The translations under genes and the position numbers were made by a program. The notes beneath the pieces were generated by a model that worked only from the letters and a program-made list of their open reading frames with translations, had not been told where the DNA came from and ran no database searches. This document shows positions 1 to 9,174 of a DNA stretch of 64,000 bases, piece after piece. Source of the stretch: Candidatus Latescibacterota bacterium (GTDB lineage Bacteria > Latescibacterota > UBA2968); NCBI GenBank assembly GCA_965208125.1, contig OZ242320.1, positions 3,264,001 through 3,328,000 of the forward strand, read 5' to 3'. Each line of letters opens with the position of its first letter. The stretch's first letter is position 1.

Positions 1-1154
1 AGATTGCCCGACAGGTCGTTGTCGTTGAGGTGAATGCGGTCGACTTTTTCGCCGATGTGTACACCTATGCGCTGTGTTGCCGTTTCATCATTGCCAATGC
101 GGTTATTTGTGAAGGTGAGGTCGTGGGTTTCGCCCAGGATGCGTATGCCATAGCCTTTGTTTTTGTCGCCGTTGTCGAGTATCTGATTGTTCTCAAAGGT
201 GTTGCGATGCCCACCCATGGGTTCGGATTCGTTGCGGAAGAGTATGCCTTCACAGCCGTTGCGCAGTGATCGGTTGTTGGAAAACACATTGTCGGTGTCT
301 TTGTGGCCAATGGAGATGCCCGTGTCGCCATTGCTGATGAGGTCGTTGTTTTCAAAGATGCCGTGTTTGACGCGCCAGCACAGGAAGAGGCCAATGCGGC
401 CGTTGTTTTCCGAGCGGCAGTTGCGGATGATGGGGTGCTGGCTGCCACTCCCCGGGTGCAGGCCCAGGTGGGTATTGCCCCTGCAGGTGCAGTTTTCGAC
501 TGTGACGTGCTGGCTCTGCTGGAAGCTGATGCCGTCGCCGTGATAATTTTTGATCGCGCAGTTTTGTATCGCTGTATGGTGCCCGCGGTAGAGGAATATG
601 CCAGCACCGCGGCAACCGTTGAGGTGCGGATTGTTTTCCCGGTTGCCATCTACAGTCAGGTTTTCGATCCGGGCATTTTCGATGTGGTAGCCACTGATGA
701 CCGGGAAGGTGGTTGCAGCGCGCGCATTGCGAGAGATGAGATAATCGCCTCCCATGGGCACATTGACGCCAAAGGTGTTGTCCTTTTGCCAGAGAATGGT
801 GCCGACAGCGGTGTGAAATCCACCGCCCTGATCATCCGTGATGCTGACGCCATAGCTCACTTTGAATCCATCGGGATTTTCAAGGGTGATCTGTTCTTCG
901 CCAAAATCCCCGTCGAGGAGAAGTGGAGTCTCAACGCCGTCTGCCTTACGCAATGTGGTATTTTCGCCCTGTCCTTTGACCGTGATGTTGCTGCGAAGAT
1001 GGAGCGCGTCGCGCATGATGTACGTGCCGGATAGGATTTCAACCGTGCCTCCGCCGAGCGCGGCGATGTAATCGGTTGCGGCTTGCAAAGCGCGATTGTC
1101 ATTGCCGATGATGTCGGCGTTTTTTTGTCCGACGGTGATGTGTAAGCCAGTCAT
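1..1154 (-). CDS. Right-handed parallel beta-helix (pectate lyase superfamily/NosD-like) protein, 3' end runs off the window
   Basis: Not in the ORF track because it is open at the edge. ATG at 1154 with GGAG RBS reads MTGLHITVGQKNADIIGNDNRALQAATDYIAALGGGTVEILSGTYIMRDALHLRSNITVKGQG, followed by N/D/G-rich beta-helix repeats. Confidence 0.8.
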   Translation of the reverse strand, partial: MTGLHITVGQKNADIIGNDNRALQAATDYIAALGGGTVEILSGTYIMRDALHLRSNITVKGQGENTTLRKADGVETPLLLDGDFGEEQITLENPDGFKVSYGVSITDDQGGGFHTAVGTILWQKDNTFGVNVPMGGDYLISRNARAATTFPVISGYHIENARIENLTVDGNRENNPHLNGCRGAGIFLYRGHHTAIQNCAIKNYHGDGISFQQSQHVTVENCTCRGNTHLGLHPGSGSQHPIIRNCRSENNGRIGLFLCWRVKHGIFENNDLISNGDTGISIGHKDTDNVFSNNRSLRNGCEGILFRNESEPMGGHRNTFENNQILDNGDKNKGYGIRILGETHDLTFTNNRIGNDETATQRIGVHIGEKVDRIHLNDNDLSGN

Positions 1155-1163
1155 GAGAGTCTC

Positions 1164-2207
1164 CTAATCAATGCGAATTTCCCGTCCGGTTTCGCCACTT
1201 TCGAGTACGGCTTCCATCATTTGTTGCACTTGATATCCGTGGCGCAGGGGTGCTTCGCAGGTTTTGCCGTTGAGGATGCAGTCGATAAAGTGGCCCGCAA
1301 TGCGGTCCCAGGCCTGGGTCGCGAGCGGGATATCGACGGCGATGTCGTGCGGGACGCCGTCCTGTGTTTTGTAGATTTTAAGCGGGCGGAATTGCGCGCC
1401 TGCTTCGTCGCCAAAGAGTTCGATCTGGAGTTCGTTGGGCTGGTGCGATGCCCAGAAGCTTTCGACCTGAAGACCGGCGCCGTTTTCAAAGCGGATGAAT
1501 CCGCCGGCATAGTCGTCAGCGGCGTATTGTTCGTAGGTGCTGCGCGGGACTTGTCTAAAGCCCCAGTAGCCGCGTCCGCGCGGTCCAAATTTTGCGCCGC
1601 ACACGCCTGTGACGGTGACGGGTTTGGGCATGCCGAGCAAGTACCACACGGCGTCGAGGACGTGGACACCCATGTCGCGGAATGCGCCGCCGCCTTTTTG
1701 GATGAATCCGAGGTTCCACGCGGGGATGCCGCTTCGGCGCACGCTGCGGGCGCGGGCATAGTACAGGTCCCCAAAATAGCCTTCGCGTGCGAGTTTTCCG
1801 AGGTATTGGCACTGGTCGGAAAATCGGGTGGAGAGCGACATCATGTTGACGACGCCAGATGCTTCGGCGGCTTCGACGAGTTTTTGTGCTGCCTGCTCAG
1901 AGTCCGATAGTGGTTTGGTGACCATGACGTGTTTGTCGTTTTTGACGGCTTCGAGTGCGATGGGCACATGCCACTGGTTTGGGGTGCCTACAAAAACCGC
2001 GTCGATGTCGGGATCTTTACACATTTCTTTGTAATCGGTGTAGAATTTTTGTTCGCCGGGCAATTCGCGGGCAAATTCTTCCATTCTTTCGGGGATCAGG
2101 TCGCATAGTGCGACGACTTCGCCGCGATCATTTTTCGCAAGGGCGCGGCCATTGGGTTTTCCAATGCCCATACCGACGACACATACGCGGACTTTTTTTT
2201 CTGGCAT
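1164..2207 (-). CDS. Gfo/Idh/MocA family oxidoreductase
   Basis: VVGMG Rossmann start, GTPNQWH, TKPL and GGGAFRDMGVH motifs. Confidence 0.9.
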   Translation of the reverse strand: MPEKKVRVCVVGMGIGKPNGRALAKNDRGEVVALCDLIPERMEEFARELPGEQKFYTDYKEMCKDPDIDAVFVGTPNQWHVPIALEAVKNDKHVMVTKPLSDSEQAAQKLVEAAEASGVVNMMSLSTRFSDQCQYLGKLAREGYFGDLYYARARSVRRSGIPAWNLGFIQKGGGAFRDMGVHVLDAVWYLLGMPKPVTVTGVCGAKFGPRGRGYWGFRQVPRSTYEQYAADDYAGGFIRFENGAGLQVESFWASHQPNELQIELFGDEAGAQFRPLKIYKTQDGVPHDIAVDIPLATQAWDRIAGHFIDCILNGKTCEAPLRHGYQVQQMMEAVLESGETGREIRID

Positions 2208-2312
2208 GATGCACTCCTGTTGTTAAATTGGATTGATTTTAAAAATGCGCCCTTTATTATGCAAAAAAAATAGGGTTTTACCAACAGGATTTCACGGAAA
2301 GGACATGGTGTT

Positions 2313-3437
2313 ATGCTCACTCTGGAAGGTTGTCGCAATCGGCAGCAACGATTTCGCGCGCGTCTCTCTGAGGAGGGGATTGATGCGGTTATTATTACGG
2401 ACTATCGGGATATTTACTATTTGACTGGCGTGCTCTTGTCGGCGTATCCATCGTTTTCTTTTCCCGCGCTTCTGTATTTTGAGACCGATGGAGGTTCGTG
2501 GTTGGCGTCAACGACCGATGAAGGGGATGTGGCTGTGGATGAGCGCGTGGTGTACGATTCGCATGTGCTCTATACGATGAACCCCGATCCGATGCGCTTG
2601 CTGAATGCGGCGGTGGCGCAGAAGCTCCGCGATTGTCGGGGTATTTCTCGTTTGGGCTGGCAGCAGGAAGCCACGCCCAAGTTGCTTGCGGATACAGTGT
2701 CAGATACTTTGGGTGGCGAATGGGTGGGGATAGACGATTTGTTGATTGCACAGCAGATGCGTAAGGACGCCGATGAAGTTGCGATGTTGCAAAAGGCGAT
2801 TGATATTAATCTGCGGGCTTATGATCGCGTGCAAGAGGTGATTGCGCCGGGTGTAAATGAGCTGGATGTGCTCGCGGCGGGGCAGCAGGTCGCGCTGAAT
2901 GCAGCGGGTGAGGTGCTGCACCACGGGGGCGATTACCAGTGTGGGCAATTGGGAGGGCTTGCCAGAGACCGGATTATTGAAGATGGGGAGTTGTATGTTA
3001 TCGACGCGCAGACAGAATATCACGGGTACTGGTCCGATCTGTGCCGCACCTTTGCGGTGGGCGATCCCACAGATTTGCAGACGTCGGTGTACGATCTTTT
3101 GAAAGCTATTTTAGAGGATGTCCCCAATCTGGTAAGTCCCGGTGGACGGGGAACCACACTGTGGCATGCGATTGATGAGAGAATCCGCGAGCATCCCCAT
3201 TTGTCTGACATCGGGCTGATCCATCACGCGGGACACGGTGTGGGGATTCGCGCACACGAGCCGCCCGATTTGAATCGGGACAGAGAGGGTATTTTTGAGG
3301 TGGGCACGGTTTTTTCCTGTGAGCCGGGTGCGTATAGCGAGGCATTAAACGGGGGCATTCGGTTGGAGAATACGTTTTTGGTGACGGAAGACGGTGTGCA
3401 AAATTTGACGGATTATCCGCTGGTGTTAAAGAAGTGA
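2313..3437 (+). CDS. Xaa-Pro peptidase family protein (M24)
   Basis: Creatinase-like N-terminus; GYWSDLCRT, HHAGHGVG..HEPP, EPG and GIRLEN motifs. Confidence 0.9.
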   Translation: MLTLEGCRNRQQRFRARLSEEGIDAVIITDYRDIYYLTGVLLSAYPSFSFPALLYFETDGGSWLASTTDEGDVAVDERVVYDSHVLYTMNPDPMRLLNAAVAQKLRDCRGISRLGWQQEATPKLLADTVSDTLGGEWVGIDDLLIAQQMRKDADEVAMLQKAIDINLRAYDRVQEVIAPGVNELDVLAAGQQVALNAAGEVLHHGGDYQCGQLGGLARDRIIEDGELYVIDAQTEYHGYWSDLCRTFAVGDPTDLQTSVYDLLKAILEDVPNLVSPGGRGTTLWHAIDERIREHPHLSDIGLIHHAGHGVGIRAHEPPDLNRDREGIFEVGTVFSCEPGAYSEALNGGIRLENTFLVTEDGVQNLTDYPLVLKK

Positions 3438-3456
3438 GAAGTGAGAAGTGTGAAGT
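3431..3456. repeat. Short 7-bp tandem repeat (GAAGTGA) between convergent genes
   Basis: gaagtga gaagtga gaagtgt gaagt. Confidence 0.6.
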
Positions 3457-3474
3457 CCACCCAGCCTCTGGTCC

Positions 3475-4464
3475 TCAGAGTGGGAGTACGTTGCCCGTGT
3501 CCGCTGCTTCGCGTGCCTGGAGGCACAGGCGCGTGACTTTTATGGCTTCGTCGGGTCCGATGATGTGGGGTGCTTTGCCCGTGCGTTCCCCATGGAGGTT
3601 GACGAGAAAATTTTCTTCGAGGGGCAAGGACAAGTCGCAGGGTTCTTCGCCCGAGCGAATCAGATGCGTGCGGTCGTCGATGACTTCGATGACGCCTTCT
3701 GATCCGGCGATTCGGAGGCGGTCGTCGCCGTGGGTGGGTGCTGTTGAGGGACGCAAATAATCGAGGTTGATCATTGCTGTGCCGCCATTGCTCAGGCGGA
3801 AGAGCATACCGCCGTGGTCTTCGCAGCCGGGGTAGTCGGGGTGGGCGAGGTTGCCGTGAAGCGCGGCGACTTGTGTGTATTCACGCCCGGTTGTCCAGCG
3901 CGTGTAATCGACGGCGTGGATTGCGACCCAGGGGATTGTGCCGCCGTAAGTTTCTCGCTTTTTGAAAAAGTCCGGGCGCGTGCCAAAGCGATAGGATTTT
4001 TGCGCGGTTGCCAGAAGGGGTTCGCCGATGAGGCCGTCTTGAACTGCCTGGTGTGCTGCGCGAAATGCAGGGGATAGTCGCAGGCCAAACATGGCGGTGA
4101 GGCGAATTCCGCTGTTTTTGACCGCTGTTTCAAGGGCGTCGAGATCTTTCAGAGTGGTTGCAACGGGTTTTTCACTGACGATGTCGATTCCGCGGTTTGC
4201 AGCATCTATTGAGGCTTCGGCGTTGAGGGAATACGGACGACATATACTGACGATGTCGATTTCTTCAGTGTCGAGCATGTGGCGATAGTCGTCATACAGG
4301 CGGGTGTGTGCGGTGAATGCGGCGTGCGATTTGACTTTGGCGAGGGTGTCGTCGGGGTGCCCTTTGGCACAGGCGATGAGTTGTGCGTCGGGGATGTGCG
4401 CGATGCCGTCGAGTACCATGTTCTGATGTCCGTCGCTGCCGATTTGTGCGATTTTGAGTGGCAT
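3475..4464 (-). CDS. Gfo/Idh/MocA family oxidoreductase
   Basis: Start reassigned to MPLKIAQIG (AGGAG RBS upstream); SEKPVA and YGGTIPWVAIH motifs. Confidence 0.85.
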   Translation of the reverse strand: MPLKIAQIGSDGHQNMVLDGIAHIPDAQLIACAKGHPDDTLAKVKSHAAFTAHTRLYDDYRHMLDTEEIDIVSICRPYSLNAEASIDAANRGIDIVSEKPVATTLKDLDALETAVKNSGIRLTAMFGLRLSPAFRAAHQAVQDGLIGEPLLATAQKSYRFGTRPDFFKKRETYGGTIPWVAIHAVDYTRWTTGREYTQVAALHGNLAHPDYPGCEDHGGMLFRLSNGGTAMINLDYLRPSTAPTHGDDRLRIAGSEGVIEVIDDRTHLIRSGEEPCDLSLPLEENFLVNLHGERTGKAPHIIGPDEAIKVTRLCLQAREAADTGNVLPL

Positions 4465-4523
4465 GGTGTTCTTGCTCCTGTTGTTGAGATTTAGGTTGAT
4501 GGTTTTAATTAACGGAGGAATAA

Positions 4524-6443
4524 ATGCTTTCGCAAAAGTATTCGGAAGACGTGTTAAAAGATATTTTGATTTCGCGGGATGATTGGCAGCCTTTTCCCAC
4601 GGCGTTGACGCGCTATGCGTGGGATGCATTGCCAGAAGGCGTTCGGCAGGCGCAAATTGCGCGGGGGGAAGAACGCCTGAATTTTGAATGGCCGAGCGTG
4701 CCTGCGGTGCGGTTTTTGGATTATGCGCGCAATGGCAATCGCTCGCGGTACGAGAGCTTGAGTTTTGGGCGACGCACGGCGCTGTCCGATCTGGTTCTGG
4801 CAGAGTGCGTGGAGGGCAAAGGCAGATTTTTGGATGATATTACCAATGGTATCTGGTGCATTTGCGAGGAGTCTTTTTGGGGCGTACCCGCGCATATTGG
4901 CGTGCAAAAGGCGGGTAGTGGCTTGCCGGATACGGCTGAGCCGATTGTCGATTTGTTTGCCGCAGAGACGTCGGAATTGCTGGCGTGGACGGTGTATTTG
5001 CTCGGCGCGCAACTCGACGCGATTTCGCCTTTGATTGTGCCGCGCATTGCGCGTGAGATGCAATATCGGATTTTGACGCCTTTGTTGGAGCGCGAAGATT
5101 TTGGCTGGATGGGATATTCTGGTGCGCGCGTGAACAATTGGAATCCGTGGATTGTGTCGAATTGGTTGACTTCTACTTTGTTGATGGAGACCGATGATGC
5201 GCGGCGGGTTGCTTCGGTGTTTAAGGCGATGCAGACGGTGGATCATTTTATCGATCCGTATCCGCAGGATGGGGGCTGTGACGAGGGTCCGGGCTATTGG
5301 GGGCGTGCGGGGGCATCGCTTTACGATTGTTTGGAGTGGCTTTACAGTGCAACGGGTGGCGCGATTGATGTGTATGATGAACTGCTCGTTCAGAATATTG
5401 GCAAGTTTATCTATCGAGTGCAAATTGCGGATCGATATTTTATCAATTTTGCCGATGCGTCACCTGTGGTGATGCCAGCTTTTGCGGTTGTTTATGGCTA
5501 TGGCAAGCGCATTGGCGATGACGCGATGGTGGCTCTCGGCGCGTGGGCTGCAAAACAACAGGGTGCTGCCGAGAAGGGTATTTCGGAGTCTTTTGGGAGC
5601 ATGGGGCGCGCATTGCCCGCGCTGTTTTCGCTGAATGAGATTCTCGATGCAGACGCAGCGCTGCCGTTGCCGCGTGATGTGTTTTTGGACGAGATTGAGG
5701 TGTTTGTCGCTCGCGATCAAGGGGGTTCGACAGAAGGCTTTTTTGTGGGGGCAAAGGGCGGGCACAATGCCGAGAGTCACAATCACAATGATATCGGGCA
5801 TGTGGTGGTCTATTTAGATGGTGAGCCAGTGCTCGTGGATGCGGGGGTCGAGACTTATACGGCCAAGACGTTTAGCAGTACGCGGTATGATATCTGGACG
5901 ATGCAATCCCAATATCACACGTTGCCGACGGTGAATGGACAGATGCAGATTCCCGGGCGGGTTTATTCGGAGACGGGGATTGATTATCACTACGATATTG
6001 CCGCTCGGGATGTGTCTTATGCGGCGAGCGAGACGGATGCGACGTTTGCTCTGGATCTGGCGCAAGCCTATCCGCCAGAGGCTCAGATTGATTCGTGGAT
6101 GAGGAGGGTTGTTTTGCATCGCGGCGAGGGTGTGACGATTGCAGATCGATATGCGTTGAAAGCCGTGACGGGCGATGTTGTGATGAATGTGTTGACGGCA
6201 TGTGGTGTTGAGGATCGCGGCGATGGGACAATCGCGTTGATAGAGGTAGAGTTGGCGGATGGACGCATGTCTGGCGCGGCGCATTTGCACTATGATGTAG
6301 ATGTGTTCGATGTGGCGGTTGAGGATATCGCGATTGAAGATGCGCGATTGAAGACTGTTTGGGGTGATTTGTTGCGAAGAATCACGCTGACGGTTAAGAA
6401 TCCCGAGCTGCGTGGTGGGTGGACAATTCGAGTGACGCGGTGA
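4524..6443 (+). CDS. Heparinase II/III family polysaccharide lyase
   Basis: NNWNPW, DGGCDEGPGYW, KGGHNAESHNHND and DAG..TY motifs. Confidence 0.85.
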   Translation: MLSQKYSEDVLKDILISRDDWQPFPTALTRYAWDALPEGVRQAQIARGEERLNFEWPSVPAVRFLDYARNGNRSRYESLSFGRRTALSDLVLAECVEGKGRFLDDITNGIWCICEESFWGVPAHIGVQKAGSGLPDTAEPIVDLFAAETSELLAWTVYLLGAQLDAISPLIVPRIAREMQYRILTPLLEREDFGWMGYSGARVNNWNPWIVSNWLTSTLLMETDDARRVASVFKAMQTVDHFIDPYPQDGGCDEGPGYWGRAGASLYDCLEWLYSATGGAIDVYDELLVQNIGKFIYRVQIADRYFINFADASPVVMPAFAVVYGYGKRIGDDAMVALGAWAAKQQGAAEKGISESFGSMGRALPALFSLNEILDADAALPLPRDVFLDEIEVFVARDQGGSTEGFFVGAKGGHNAESHNHNDIGHVVVYLDGEPVLVDAGVETYTAKTFSSTRYDIWTMQSQYHTLPTVNGQMQIPGRVYSETGIDYHYDIAARDVSYAASETDATFALDLAQAYPPEAQIDSWMRRVVLHRGEGVTIADRYALKAVTGDVVMNVLTACGVEDRGDGTIALIEVELADGRMSGAAHLHYDVDVFDVAVEDIAIEDARLKTVWGDLLRRITLTVKNPELRGGWTIRVTR

Positions 6444-6504
6444 GACGAAGCGGGGTATGAAGGCGAGTAAACCGAGCATGACTGTGCCAGCAGTTCATCG
6501 ACCT

Positions 6505-6526
6505 GTAGGAGAGGCATCCCTGCCTC
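6505..6526 (+). repeat. Degenerate GTAG-type REP palindrome
   Basis: GTAGGA-GAGGCA-tccc-TGCCTC. Confidence 0.45.
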
Positions 6527-6560
6527 GATTTTATAGCTTTATGATACATTTTCAGAAGTC

Positions 6561-6598
6561 AAAAAGGAGTAGGTCATAAGGGGCTTGCTCCTTTTTTT
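6561..6598. terminator. Bidirectional intrinsic terminator between convergent genes
   Basis: AAAAAGGAGTAGG...CTTGCTCCTTTTTTT. Confidence 0.7.
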
Positions 6599-6601
6599 AA
6601 A

Positions 6602-7696
6602 TTATTCGATTAAGGCTTCGGAGATGGCGTCGTGAAATTCGGGGCGGAGATGGGCAATTTGGTTGTTCTCGCGGGTGGGGTGTACGCGGTTGGTGAGGAG
6701 GATGACGCCGAGGTCCCGTATGGGGTCTCCCCATACGGATGTGCCGGTGAATCCGAGGATGCCAAAGGCTTGTTCGCTAAAGTAGCGGCCGCTCGAACTT
6801 TCGCCGGGTGAGACGGTGTCCCAGCCGAGTGCCCAGGTGCTGTTGGGCGCAATATTGGCGCGTGTGGTGAATTGTGGAATGCTCCGTTTGGGAAAGATAC
6901 CTGCGCCGAGCCATGCGAGCAGGCATTTCGACAGGTCATGGGCTGTGGAAAACAGGCCAGCGTGGGAGGCGATACCGCCCATTGCGGCGGCGTTTTCATC
7001 GTGGACTTCGCCGTGTACGAGGTGATCGCGCAAGTCGGAGCCGTCTTCCGTGGGCGCAATGCGGTGTTTGAGAGAGGGCGGTGGACAGTACCAGGTGTCG
7101 TTCATTTTGAGTGGTTCGAATATGTGTTGTTTGACGAGGTGATCCAGACGCTGGCCGCCGATGGTTTCGAGGATTTTGCCCAGGGTGAGAAAGCCCAGGT
7201 CGCTGTACACGGTGTCTGTGCCGGGTTCATAAATTAAGGGGTGTTGGCAGGCTGCGTTGAGCATGGCATCGCGGATGTCAATATCGTGCGCGGCGCGTTG
7301 GTTTTCGTACAGGTGAACATGTGCGGGCAGGCCGCTGCAATGGGCGAGCAGGTGCCGAATTGTGACGCGGTTTTTGTTTTTGCCGGTAAATGAAGGTATA
7401 TAGAATTGCACGGGTGCGTCGAGGTCCAGACGATCTTTATCGGCAAATAACATACAGAGCGTTGTTGTGGCGATGACTTTGGTAACGGAAGCGAGGTCGT
7501 AGAGGGTATTGATTTGTACGGGTGTGGCGTTGGGTTGATAGGTGTGGTGGCCCACAGCCCAGCAGGTGACGATGCCCGCACGGCGCAGGACGAGACCGAC
7601 AGCACCGGGGGTGGTGCGGGTATGCACCTGGCGTTGTAAGACTTGCCTGGCGCGGTCGAGTTTTTGCGAATTAAAACCGAGTTGTTCGGGTGTCAT
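6602..7696 (-). CDS. Serine hydrolase, beta-lactamase class C-like family
   Basis: LASVTK (SxxK), YSDLG, VHDENA and GFTGT motifs; start reassigned to MTPEQLG. Confidence 0.85.
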   Translation of the reverse strand: MTPEQLGFNSQKLDRARQVLQRQVHTRTTPGAVGLVLRRAGIVTCWAVGHHTYQPNATPVQINTLYDLASVTKVIATTTLCMLFADKDRLDLDAPVQFYIPSFTGKNKNRVTIRHLLAHCSGLPAHVHLYENQRAAHDIDIRDAMLNAACQHPLIYEPGTDTVYSDLGFLTLGKILETIGGQRLDHLVKQHIFEPLKMNDTWYCPPPSLKHRIAPTEDGSDLRDHLVHGEVHDENAAAMGGIASHAGLFSTAHDLSKCLLAWLGAGIFPKRSIPQFTTRANIAPNSTWALGWDTVSPGESSSGRYFSEQAFGILGFTGTSVWGDPIRDLGVILLTNRVHPTRENNQIAHLRPEFHDAISEALIE

Positions 7697-7801
7697 TTGT
7701 GTCTCCCAGTTTCCAGCCTCTTGCACGTAGCATTTCTGTGTCCTATATTGGTGAAAGTACGGGAAAAAAACAAAGGAAATTTGACAGGGGAAGGTCGTTT
7801 T

Positions 7802-8449
7802 ATGAGATATCGACATATCTTTGGAGTCGGCGCGTTTATCGCTTTGTTTTTTGCGATGTGTATGCCCGCTGAGGGACAGGTGAATGTGGAACGGCTCGAG
7901 AGCATTGCGCGACATGTGGCACGGGCGGTTTTAGCTGAGGGAGATTCTTTGACGGCAGAGCAGGTCGCATGGGTCGAGCGCATGACCGCGCAATTGGCAG
8001 AGGATGCGGCGTTTCTCGACGAGCAAAAACAGCGGTTAGAAGAGGTGCGTCGCGAAAGAGATGCGTCGATTCGGAATATCGCGAGTCAGGTTGCCAAAGG
8101 GATCGCTGTTCTGATTGCTCTGCTGGTTTTGTGGGCTATTTTTCGTGTTATTAGAAGAGGTGTGAGTGCCGAGTCGGGAAATGATCCTCTGGGGGTGTTG
8201 ATTGCGATGCGTACAGAAGCGCGGGCGCAGAAACTCGGCGAGACACTTGTTAAAGAAAATTTGGCGATGGGGGGAACTGTTGCGCCGAGTATCCGTTCAA
8301 TCTATCGCAGGGAGGATGGGGTGCGAGAAGCTGCGGAGGCGATGGTTTTTTTGAAGACGACGCGGGCGCAACTCAGCCATTTGATCGGCCGCGCAGAGGA
8401 ATTGGGTGGGGGCAAGACGCCAGAACTCGTTGTGATACGTGAGGGGTGA
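7802..8449 (+). CDS. Signal peptide + helical domain + TM helix + C-terminal CutA-like domain
   Basis: C-terminus AQKLGETLVKENLA...SIRSIYRREDGVREAAEAMVFLKTT...PELVVI matches the CutA1 pattern. Confidence 0.7.
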   Translation: MRYRHIFGVGAFIALFFAMCMPAEGQVNVERLESIARHVARAVLAEGDSLTAEQVAWVERMTAQLAEDAAFLDEQKQRLEEVRRERDASIRNIASQVAKGIAVLIALLVLWAIFRVIRRGVSAESGNDPLGVLIAMRTEARAQKLGETLVKENLAMGGTVAPSIRSIYRREDGVREAAEAMVFLKTTRAQLSHLIGRAEELGGGKTPELVVIREG

Positions 8450-8453
8450 AAGG

Positions 8454-9131
8454 ATGTTAAAAGTCTGGATCGTCATTCTGTTTGGATTTTGTTTTGCTGC
8501 GTCCGCAGAGGCTGTGGAAGAGAATGCTTCGCGTATTGCGCGCGAGATGGTTCGCTCGCTGTACGGTTCTGAGCGCGTGAAGCCGTTGCCTCCTGTGGCG
8601 AATGCACAGGTGCGCGTTATTGCGAGAAGGTTGGCTGCAGAGTCGGATGGACGTTTTCAGCATGCGTTTTTTCAGGAGGAGGATCGCGAGCAAGGGGCGT
8701 TTTTCAGCGGGCTGATGAAGCACGTTCTTATCGGGGTGATGATTTGTCTGGTGTTTTTTGTGGTGCATACGGTTGTGCGAAAACTCGATGCGGCGCGGCG
8801 TCTGGGGAAAACTGATCGCGATGTCGCAGTTCAAGGTGGGTTGCGAAATGCGCCTTGTATTCTGGCTCTGCCCATGCCATCTGAGGCGGAGGCAAGTCGC
8901 GTTGGGCACGCGCTTGTTGCCGAGCGGTTGGCTGCGCGGGTAGATGTTTTTTCGCAGTATTTTTTGTCGCCGGATCGGGGTGAAGGTACCGTGCTTTTTG
9001 TGATGACTGTAAAAGGTCGCTTGAGGTCACTGAAAAAACGGTTGGGGAGTGTGTCTATGTCATTTCCCGTGTCGCATGGACACAGATCCTATTTGACGTG
9101 GATTGCCGATGCGGCTGATGGGAGGGGATGA
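8454..9131 (+). CDS. Signal peptide + TM helix + degenerate CutA-like domain
   Basis: PSEAEASRVGHALVAERLAARV ... GHRSYLTWI matches the CutA start and its C-terminal YLxW helix. Confidence 0.6.
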   Translation: MLKVWIVILFGFCFAASAEAVEENASRIAREMVRSLYGSERVKPLPPVANAQVRVIARRLAAESDGRFQHAFFQEEDREQGAFFSGLMKHVLIGVMICLVFFVVHTVVRKLDAARRLGKTDRDVAVQGGLRNAPCILALPMPSEAEASRVGHALVAERLAARVDVFSQYFLSPDRGEGTVLFVMTVKGRLRSLKKRLGSVSMSFPVSHGHRSYLTWIADAADGRG

Positions 9132-9174
9132 GGATGTCCGCTACAATGGTTTTCAGGGAGGGCAGGAGGTTGCT

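Noticed and set aside
30-1102. Several + and - ORFs in the track (e.g. 303-1034)
   Set aside because: Shadows of the edge-truncated minus-strand beta-helix gene ending at 1154.
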